Source: Octopus vulgaris
Taxonomy: Eukaryota
Direction of reading: 5' to 3'
Length of the DNA: 64,000 bases
Assembly: GCA_951406725.2 (NCBI GenBank)
Contig: OX597815.1
Span: forward strand, 77,190,001 to 77,254,000
The translations under genes were made by a program, and so were the position numbers. Shown piece by piece: positions 53,301 to 64,000 of the stretch. Below the pieces are notes generated by a model, which saw only the letters and a list, made by a program, of their open reading frames with translations, was not told where the DNA came from and made no database searches. How positions within the stretch are numbered: the stretch's first letter is position 1; every line of letters begins with the position of its first letter.

Positions 53301-53421
53301 TATATATATAGTAGTAAAGAAAGAGGAATTTCGATTATCCCAACGTGGTAAGTTGTAATGTTTATAAGAAATTTAAAAAGGAAAATACGCACACTTACAT
53401 AGTTTTAATATAATTTTTAAT

Positions 53422-53456
53422 ATATCGACCGGTTTCGCTATCGCTATTCATGATAT
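53422..53456 (-). ncRNA. Copy-B duplicate of the A3-U8 hammerhead
   Basis: Identical to 16017-16051. Confidence 0.75.
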
Positions 53457-55608
53457 TATGTTTTACTTATTTGAATATATATGTTTTGTTATGAAGAAAT
53501 TTTGTCCATGTTGTGTGTGATGAAATTCACGAGTGAATGACTTCACAAGTAGATAAATAAAGGCAGGTAATTGGTTGTCGATATTATTGTTATTGTTGTG
53601 GCTAAGGGAGATAACTGTTCAGCTTTCGGTATTGGGTGGGGATTATATATGTGTACAGACAGAGACAAGTTTCAAAAACCTTGTTTAGTAGGGGATTTAT
53701 GTACAGTGATGTAATCGTGAATTGAAATATGTAAAAAGATAAAAGTTGGTTATGCGTGCATTTAAGACGTGTTTTGTATTTTTCAATGAAAAAAGTTTCT
53801 TTATTTAAACGTTCTAGTTGAGAGATTGCGTCTTTGCACTGGTAGAAAGGGAAGACTGTGAAATTTGGTTCGATGTTACCTGCACATTTTTCTATATGTT
53901 CACTGAGAGGAATTTGTCTGTATTGCGGGAAAGTGATTTGCTCTTTATGCAGAGTGATTCTCTTTCTCAAGGTCATACTTGTTTGTCCACTATAGTGGTG
54001 TCCGCAACCCGAGCAGGAGAGAAAAAATGCGTGTAGTAGCTACCGATCTATCATGGCGACTGCCAGACAGAAGGGTCACACAGAAGAGCGAAGAAGTAGG
54101 GGAGATAACAAAGTAAAGAGGACCCCCCAACACGAAGGTGCGTGTGTGTATAAGAGAGTATGTATGTGCATGTGAAAGAGAGCTGGTGGTCTTGATGCGT
54201 GCGTGGGTGTATGTGTAGGTGTGAAAATGTGGGGATGGGAATTGGTCAGTGCTGGTGTGTGGGTGGTGTGCTGTGATGTGATGTGTAGTGTGGTATGGTG
54301 TAGTGTGGTGTGGTGTGATGTTGAGTGGTGGGGGAAACGAGAGTGGGGAAAGCACGAGTGGGGTGTGGGTTAGGCTGAATGTTGGGATATGTGGGTCGGT
54401 AGAGGGTGGGGGTAGAGGTGGGGTTTGTGTGTAGGCAGAGGGTGTGGGTAGAGGTGAGGTATGTGGGAGAGGGTGTAAGGGATGGGATGGGAAGGACAGG
54501 GAAGGTGGAGTAGGAATGTGTAAGGGTGGGGTGGGTTTATGAGGGAGAGTTGACGATGAAGGGGGAAGGAGAAGGTGGGTATGTGAGAAGAGAGAGAGAG
54601 TAAAGAGAGAAGAAAGAAGAGAGAAAGAGAGTAAGAGAGAAGAGAGAAAGAGAGTAAGAGAGAAGAGAGAAAGAGAGAATGAAAGAGTAAGAGAGAAGAA
54701 AGAGAGAGTGAAAGAGTAAGAGAGAAGAGAGAAAGAGAGTAAGAGAGAAAGAGAGTAAGCGAGAAGAGAGTAAATGAGAAGAAAGAAAGGGAGTAGGGGT
54801 GAAGAGAAGTAAGAGTCTGAGCAAGAGAGGAGAGGTGGGTAGGAAGAAGTAGGAGGGAGGGGGAAAGAGGCAAGGGGAGGAGGTTAGAGGAAGAGGGGAG
54901 GAGAGTTGAGCCCAAATGGAATAAAGGAGCGAAGAGGGAATATATATATAAATATATATACAGACACTCACGAGGGGGTACCCGAAAGTAACCGGAAACG
55001 TTCTCTGTGGGAAAAGCTTGTTTGTAATTCAGGCTTCCGCCACTAGAAGCCACTTGATCCAACCCTCAGACATCAGTCTGCTGACCCGCGTTGTTTGTTG
55101 GTGTCATGCTGCTATGTGGTGCATCTTTGTTTTACAATGCTTCTCCATGGTTCGTCGATGAAACGATGGAACAGCGTGCTTCCATGAAATTCTGTTTTCT
55201 GCTGGGGAAAACGGCGGACGAAATAGTTGTCATGCTTCAAACAGCTTACAAGACCGCTGCCGTGCGCAAAGCACAAGTTTGCGAGTAGTTTTCACGCTTT
55301 AGCAATGGTCATTTGTCGCTTGAGGACCAACCTCGTTCAGGGCGACCGTCGACCTCCCGAATGAACGAAAATGTCATGAAAGTTCATGAACTGTCATGAA
55401 CTAATCTTGGAGTACCGTCACCGAACAATTGACCTACTTGTTGATATGACTAGTGTACCCTGGAGTCCATGTCAACGAATTTTGAGCGAGGAATTGTGAA
55501 TGAAAAGAGTTGCAGCAAAATGCATGCCTCACTTGCTCACGGAAGATCAAAGTTGTCACGGCTGAATGCGCGTCGTGAACTGAAAGAAAAATTGAAAGTT
55601 GATCTGGA

Positions 55609-55723
<115 letters not shown>

Positions 55724-56554
55724 GACGGGCTTCTTTCAGTTCCCGTCTATGAAATCCACTTACAAGGCTATGGTTGGCCCGAAGCTACAATAGAATACAC
55801 TTAACCAATGGTGACGCGCAGTATGACTGAACTCGGAACCATCAATTTATCCTCCTCTGGGGATCGAATGCTGAAACCAGTTTATTACGGTGCCAGTACC
55901 TGCTGTTCTAGTATCCAATTCAACCTCCAGCCTTCTATGATTCGTTTATGCAGCCTCGAAATACTTGGATTACTCCATTTGGTTCAATGATATTCGACTA
56001 ACTTGCAGAGTGAACTGTGAATATTTTCTTGGCGGGACCACTGTCTCAGTTTTTGTAACACTTAATCTTATCTCTACCTTGCAACACTCGGCAACGAACT
56101 CATTCAGAGCATATGGAGATCACCTCCTAATTAGCCAAGTAGCGCCGTATCGTCTGCAAATATCAGCCAACCGATCTTACGTTTACCAATTGTAATTACA
56201 CTTCCACAACGGCTACGTTCATAAAAATTAGGAAAAGGAGAGGTAACAGTTACTCACTCCTACCGAAGTCTAAGATCTACGTTGAAAGGTTTCGAAAAAT
56301 CACCACTTACTCGTACACAGACAGCTACGCATTCGTAATAAGAACTTCACAACAACCAAAAGTTATTTATTAATCTCAAACACCTGCAAACTCCCTCCAG
56401 AGCATTACCGCGGCACACAATCATATGCCTTTATATATATCTAAAGACATAGCTAATGAAGTTCATAAGATAATACTTAATTCCTTTATCATCTCCCTTC
56501 CTTATCGCTTTTTCGTTCTGAAACTTACGTACATTGAGACTATATTGGGTTGTA

Positions 56555-57875
56555 TAATATAATATAATATAATATATTTCGCTTAGGTATTGGTAATTTG
56601 TAGTAGTATTTTTCATTGATAAAATATATTCGTAGTTTTCATTATTAAAGAATTTTTCATTTGTTTATTATTTGTTTATTATTTGTTTATTATTTGTTTA
56701 TTATTTCATTTGTTTAGTTAATGGCACGTTTTTTGAAAGCTAAGTAAACCTTTTTATTGAATTTATTTTGATTATTTTAATAATTTATGGTATATGGTAT
56801 TATATTGGATACTATATAACTAAGGATTGATAATTTGATTGTATAAGTATTTAGTTGTTAAAGATATGTATTTCATTATTAGATTATAACTATACGGTTT
56901 TATATTGATCGTTAAATAGTTATAGGGTTCTTTTAAGATAGGTTATACGTTTATAATTTGCTTTTTCATTTTTAATTTTTTAATATATTTCGTAAGTAAA
57001 AATGGAATAATTTATTTAGTTTTTCATTATACGTATATATATTTATTGATAGAGATAATTTTAGATCTTAATTTTTATATCTATTGATAATAATTTTGCT
57101 ATTATTCTCAAATATTTTATAATTATTAGATTTGAACTTAAATTTAATAATATGAATAGTTTTTATTTTATTATTATTTTTTTGTTAATAATTTGGTAAT
57201 TAGATATTGACTATAACTGAGATTAGGTTATTCGTGAGTTTATTATGTTTTATAAAGCCATATTATATCTTAATGGATAAATATATTTTCTATCTATTTT
57301 TACCTTTAAAATTAATATTTAACATTATAATTGATTGTATGACATAATCCTAATCGTTAAAGTCTCTAGTTTGATAATAGAGTTTTTTATAAGAAAAAAT
57401 TACTATTTTATTTATTTATTGAAAAATATTGTTTAAATATATTTGCCTATTTATTTAACTATTATCATTAAACTGAAGATTGACTATAACTATAATTCGA
57501 ATTTTTAATTGGATTTAAATTATTGTAATTCGAATTGGGTTATGGCCATGAAACGTACGTAGTGGTATTACTTATTATCTTATATTAAACTTTTTAATAC
57601 TTTTTTATATATTTTTTTAAAATATATATTATATATTTTTTTAAATAAATAAATAAATTAAAAGTTGAAAAGTTTAAAAATTTATAAAGTTTTAATTTTA
57701 AAAAAATATATAAAAAATATTAAAATTTATAAATATAAAATAAAAATTTTAAATTTAAGTAATTTAAATTTTAAATTTTATATTTTATATATGTTATATT
57801 AATTATATTTATTTTTATGTATTGGTTTATGTTTTTCACTGTTTGATTTGCTTAATAGTGGTTTTATCTCTAATA
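56555..57875 (+). mobile_element. B-specific, extremely AT-rich element with hammerhead-like motif at 57473-57563
   Basis: CUGAAGA, long stem II, GAAA CGUACG UA; ends in (TA)n; terminus resembles the reverse complement of 21905-21940. Confidence 0.6.
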
Positions 57876-57983
57876 TATATATATATACATTATTACATTA
57901 AGGGTTGATACTATAGGTAGTACTAATTTTTACACTCGCTGCTTGATAAAATCTTATATAGATTTTATCCTTATATTCAATTG

Positions 57984-58043
<60 letters not shown>

Positions 58044-58277
58044 AAATTGAGATAGGGGTTGTAAATGCAACCCTCCATGGGATAACATATATCCAATATA
58101 CTGCTAGTGAAGTACCCAACAAAGTTAATACATAAATGTTAAGAATTGCGATGCAATTAATTCATCTACTGTATTATATGGACAAAGGTTAAATGTTTTA
58201 CCACAAATTCATAATACAAAATATGAAAATGGAGAATTGATATTTGATTTGGATGTATTTCTCCATTTTCTTATTTC

Positions 58278-58366
<89 letters not shown>

Positions 58367-58517
58367 TGTATGTATGTATGTATGTGTGTGTGTGTAATTT
58401 AATTGATATATGAGTGTGTGTACATGTAGGTATATATACGCGTATATTTCCATATATATATTCTAAATGCATGTATATATGTGTGTGTGCGTGCCTGTGC
58501 GGGTGTGCGTGCCTGTG

Positions 58518-58551
<34 letters not shown>

Positions 58552-60519
58552 TGAGTGAGTGAGTGTGTGTGAATAAAATCAGTAGGTTACAGAAGAGCAA
58601 TATCTTTATCATCTCAGATAAAGCTAAAAATATTTACGTGGAAAGACAAATTTTCATCACTTTATATCCATCTGAGTTTCAGTCGTTTACACAAGAACTT
58701 ACTACGTACAGCTTACATGACATCAGCACTTTTGTGCAGAATGTTTTATTGAACTAATATTTTAGCAATATCTTTATTTTAAAGGACTGCAAACTTAAAT
58801 TCGCCACCCGCCCACCCTTCCACAGAAATATTAAAACCTCTGCAATTTATCTGGGCATTATTGGCAAAAATATATATCAGGCTCTGTCTTCTCCTCTCCT
58901 TTAGAATAAATAACATTACGTTATAAATTGGTTTAACTCTGCTTTGGAAATGAATGTTACTTTTTTTCGATTCACTATTAGGAACTATTTCCCGGATTCA
59001 ATGGCGTATGTGTCCCCCAGCTGGACGGGACGCCAGTCCATCGCAGCGTTACTCATTTTTGCCTGCTGAGTGGTCTGGTGCAACATGAAATGAAGTGTTT
59101 GGCTCAACAACACAACGAGTCGCCCGGTCCAGGAATCGAAACCACAATCTAACGATCATGATGCTGACACCCTAACCACTAAACCACGTGCCTCCACACT
59201 TAGGAACTATTACTTGTCAATAATCAAATATATTCCTACTGCAGACTCTGCAGACTCAACTTTGTTGAATTCATTAACCCTATCAAACCCCTGGCAGAAG
59301 TTATATTACACGGTAGACAAATCTATCATTTTATGCCCCCACCCCCACCCCAGAACACTGTTATACAGATTTTAAAATGCAAAATACTGAAACCTCCACC
59401 ATTAGCAAGAGGACATGGGTTAGCAAAGTAGTTAGCAAAGTAGTTGAAGTATACACTTAAAATTTTTTACGCGAGAAATCCCCCTTCATTTCTGGCGTAT
59501 ATAGAGGAACGATGGTTCGCTTTTACTTAGATGCTTTAACCCGTAAATAATAAAACGTTTCTGAAGGAATCGTTGCGAATTCTTCAAATATTTGGTCTTT
59601 CTAAAACAGTTGATTCACGTATAAAAGTTTGTTTAATTTCTTTGGTGCCACTTCATACACAGATAAGCATAATGAAAATCCACAATATATATATATATAT
59701 ATAATTTAGAGAACAACCTCTATTAAACAATTCAATAATGAAAGATGTTATTCATACCATATAGAAAACATATGCTATAAAAAACTTATTCTAAAAATCA
59801 ATAAAATACAATAAATAGTAAATTGTAGTAAAAATAATACACGCGTTTCGTGGCTATATTTTCAAATAGATGATGATAGTAAAATCAATTCGACTTAAAA
59901 TTAAATCTATCTAAAATTAATTCTATTTAAAAAATATACTCACTCATCCGGTCTACAATAATAGATAATAAAAAAAATAATAGAATAAATGTACTTAACT
60001 TAACTTATACTAATTATCAAATAAATCTATAAAAATAGTGTACTAACTATAAATAATCGAAAAACATTTAACAATATTTCTTAAAATAAGAACATAACTT
60101 ATCTTATCGAAGGATTTCCGTTAACTAAAAATTTAAATGTAATACGTAAAGCTTAGCGTTTATAAGAAATATATCGCATGAAAATATGGCGTAAATAGAA
60201 TTTAAAGAAGAAATAGATAGAAATATGTATTTAAGCTATTAAAATTACAAATGTACTTTAGCTGTGAGAATAAGAAAAAAATTAACTTTAATATTCCATT
60301 TACTGGAAAAATTGTAAAGTCTAAATAGTTTAGATACTAAATACGTAAAATACATAATATAATAAACATAAATTAAGTTAAAATTCTATAATTTAATCTA
60401 TTTGCATTAATTTATTTATTTTATAAGCATCTAATTTTCATCTTATTCTAATTATGTAATATACATTATATAATCTCGTCCTAATTTATACACATTTTAC
60501 TACCACAAATTATTCACCA

Positions 60520-61640
60520 GTGAACAGCTTTGGGTGGGGCCGAAAGCAGTGAGTTATAATTATTGTGCCCGGAAGAATTTGGTGCAAAGCCTATTGATAG
60601 CGTAAAGAGGGAGAAACGTTGTCGAGGAGGCAGCGTCTTCTGGAAAAACTGAGGTCTGAGAGGAAGAGTTGTCAATAGGAAAAGGAGAAAAGCTCATGAA
60701 GATGCGCAGGCTAATCTTTTGGAGTTGTATGAGTTTGTGAAGAGAAAGTGCTGAGACGTCAGGTCAGAATACCTTTTTCAGATGAGGAAGCGTCGAAAGA
60801 AACAAAGAAATTTTAACAAAAATCCATTCGGTTGTATAAAGAATATTACTGAAGTGGAGGCATCCAGATCATTGGAAGAACTGCGAAATAATATGAAGTC
60901 AACATATTCATGTAAGAAGCGAAAAAAGCCAGTGGCACAATGTTTGATAAAACCAACAGGAACATTGCATATGTTTGATATAGATAGGTTGCAATTAAGG
61001 GAGGTTGATGTTGTGGTATGGAAGGCATGTGCTGGTATCACAGTGGGCCAATTAGCTCTCTTACTCGCTTTTCATATATTATCTTCAGATTTTTGTGACA
61101 GATTCTCTACTTAGTGAGTTGAAGAACAGGCAGACATCCTAAAGTACAAGGACGTTAAAGGGACTCGTCAGTTGCAATCAATGTCACTGTTCTCGATGTT
61201 GATTGGGACGTTTTGATGGAACGGAAGTTGACGGGTTTTGTCCTAAAGAACAGAACTGTGTATGTAACTGAGTAGAAATGTTCGGTTCCGGGATTTTTAC
61301 GCTGCATTGAGCATGTATAGATGGTTTAAAAATTCATTCTGTGGTGTAAGCAAAACATATGGATGTTGATGTCTTTAGGTTAGATTTTGCTTATGCAAAA
61401 CTCGATTTCCCACAATTACATACAATTTATACTCGCGTTCAAGTATAAATTCTGCGAATTGCTCAAGTTAAGATTCACTACAGATTCGTATAACACATAA
61501 TGGCAGCCCTTGGAGATAGGGATTCACAGAGGGTACTTTTTCTCACCACTACCCTTTACAAAGAGAACTGAGATTTTGAATTGTATGTCAGAGTGAACTG
61601 AAACATTGTTACTTGTAAAGGGAGTTATGTTACCTTCAGT
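60520..61640 (+). mobile_element. Decayed non-LTR retrotransposon RT fragment, possibly RLE-clade (truncated at 23058 in A)
   Basis: RKKQRNFNKNPF, then remnants resembling GVPG..GC.EH, LDFAYA and GI..G...SP. Confidence 0.5.
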
Positions 61641-61805
61641 GTAGGTGTTCATACAGGCTTTTTTCAGTTTCCGTCTACCAAATCCACTCACAAGGCTTTG
61701 GCCAGCCCGAGGCTACAGTAGAAGACACTTGCCCAAGGTGCCACGCAGTGGGACTGAACCCGGAAACATGTGGTTGGGAAGCAAGCTTCTTACCACACAG
61801 TCACG

Positions 61806-61890
<85 letters not shown>

Positions 61891-61971
61891 TTCCCGAGCG
61901 TTATACTAATACATATGTTTGTTGTCTACACCACCTGTCTTCGTCTTTGTTTTGTTGTGAATTCTCCACCC

Positions 61972-62021
<50 letters not shown>

Positions 62022-62032
62022 GCATACCTACA

Positions 62033-62070
<38 letters not shown>

Positions 62071-62266
62071 CCTATCTATCTATCTAATTGTTAAAGAGGG
62101 CAATTGTTAAACAGACGATAAGGCAAGGCAAACATCTCAAGTCATATACATTATTATTATTATTATTATTAGAATTCTAATAATATTAATGTTTGCCTTG
62201 CCTTAACGTTTGTTGTCCTTTTTAACAATTATATATCCGCTATATCGGAAATCTGCAATGGCTCCA

Positions 62267-62328
<62 letters not shown>

Positions 62329-63435
62329 CTGGAGAGTCCATCACACACACACACATATATATCTTCACCTTATAGTAGGTATGTATCTAAATTTTGTACG
62401 ACTCATACTCTTTAGTCCCTTTCACAATTTCTTCCCCTTTTCTTTTTCTCGCTACCCCTCTCTTTCACACATTTCTTTTTCCTCTCTTTAACACCAACTA
62501 TTTCCCCCTCATTTATCACCCTTGTACCTTTCTCTTTGATTTTTTTGTAATCCTTCAATCCCGCTTCCCCCTAACCCTCTCTCTTCCTTCCACGTGACCG
62601 AAGTCTGGCCAGCCATGATATTTCTTTCTTGGCCTGACTGCCGACCGCCAACACCTCTTATGTCCATCTCCTGTGTTCCTGCCTTTAGGCTTTCACTTCA
62701 TGCACGCCAGCTCAATTTGGTTCGTTTTCAGTCGAAAGATACCAGTTATTATTTTCTTGTGTTTGTATTTGTAATTGTCTACCATGTTCCCCGTGTTTTG
62801 TCTTTGTTGCCGTACATATTCCTTAGCTTTCTTACAAAAAGGTCTAATGCTCTTAGCTTAGACGTTTTTTGGAGCAACCAGGTCGAACTGTCTCAAGTGT
62901 AACTGCTCGAAACGGTTATGACTTCTGGTACTTGACTGAGGAAAGAAGGTCACGAATGACCCGTCTTCTTTTGCCTGTCCTATTTATTCTTTCTCCTGTC
63001 CGCCTTTGTATCATCTATCTGTCCCGAATGTTTTATTGTCTCCTATTGCGTTTTTGTTCCATTATACACACACACACACACACAGGTACTAGGTACTAGG
63101 CTTACAAAGAATAAGACTTGAGGTTGATTTGTTTGACTAAAGACGGTGCTCCAGCATAGCCGCTGTCAAATGACTGAAACAAGTAAAAGAATAAAAGAAT
63201 ACATCTATATCTTTTATCTTTTACTGGGTTCAGTCATAAAACTGCGGCTATGCTGGTGCACCACCTTGGAGTATTTTTGTCGAATGAATCGGCCCCAGTT
63301 TGTTTTTTAAGTTTGGTACTTATTCTATCAGTCTCTTTTGGTGAACCGCTAAGTTACAGGGATGCAAGCACACCAACACCGGTTGTTAAGCGGTGATGGG
63401 GAACAAACACAGACACAAAGACACACACACACTCA

Positions 63436-63488
<53 letters not shown>

Positions 63489-63491
<3 letters not shown>

Positions 63492-64000
63492 AAAATAGTA
63501 AAGTGTGAAAAAACGACAGAAGGCTTAAATGTTAAAAAATATATATATTTGTGTCAAAATGTCTGGAGAATATTGGAAAAATTTTTTTCCCTTTCCTTAA
63601 AATGACATAATTTTAAAATTTTTAAAGAAATTACCGGTTTCGCGTGTAGCTTTTCAAATTTCTTGTGACGTTATGTTTATATTGCATGGAATTATCGTTG
63701 TTTTTATTTCCAGGAGATTTCTAAATAAGGGGAGGTAGTGAGTGATTTTTTCCGGTGTAGGGGAGATAATCGCTTAAAAATTTTTTTTCCCATTTCCTTG
63801 TTAATTTCTCTGTGTCAGTATGTTCGGATGGTTGAGTCTGGGTTTGTACTTTTCAATGAAGAATGTTTCCTTGTTCAGTCTCATTTGTGTTGATGATCCG
63901 AAAGCACATTGGTAAAATGGGAAGATTAAAAATTGTGGCAGTAGTTGCTTTGCGCATTTCTCAATGTGCTCACTAAAAGGTATCATTCTATATTCTGGGA
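63489..64000 (-). mobile_element. PLE 3' end (GIY-YIG C-terminus plus hammerhead); runs off the window
   Basis: ORF 63801-63986 is similar to 16197-16571; ends in (TA)n. Confidence 0.8.
63625..63664 (-). ncRNA. Minimal type I hammerhead, U3-A8 variant, 7-bp stem I
   Basis: Minus strand: aagaaau UUGAAAA GC-uacac-GC GAAA CCGG UA auuucuu. Confidence 0.8.

Noticed and set aside
62868-62925. gagca...tgctc GAAAC GGTT resembling the 3' half of a hammerhead
   Set aside because: No recognisable NUGANNA core upstream; at best a decayed relic.

Overview
Repeat-rich animal DNA, probably an octopus or other cephalopod (inferred from dense (TA)n/(TG)n/(TATG)n microsatellites and tRNA-derived SINEs). It holds two copies of a ~38-39 kb tandem segmental duplication (A ~1-24000; B ~37843-63440). 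Each copy carries a four-exon FABP/intracellular lipid-binding protein gene on the + strand that the ORF track misses. Copy B is complete (140 aa); copy A has exons 2-4 only, and six of the seven exonic differences are nonsynonymous. The rest is transposon DNA: a near-intact Neptune-like Penelope element (RT + GIY-YIG), other Penelope-like element (PLE) pieces sitting in (TA)n tracts, LINE fragments, mariner remnants, non-autonomous Helitrons and SINEs. The most striking hidden signal is about a dozen type I hammerhead ribozyme motifs at PLE 3' ends. Their catalytic 3-8 base pair covaries (C-G, U-A, A-U), and they include a ~215-bp foldback element with one hammerhead on each strand. All folds and alignments were done by eye, and no activity was tested.
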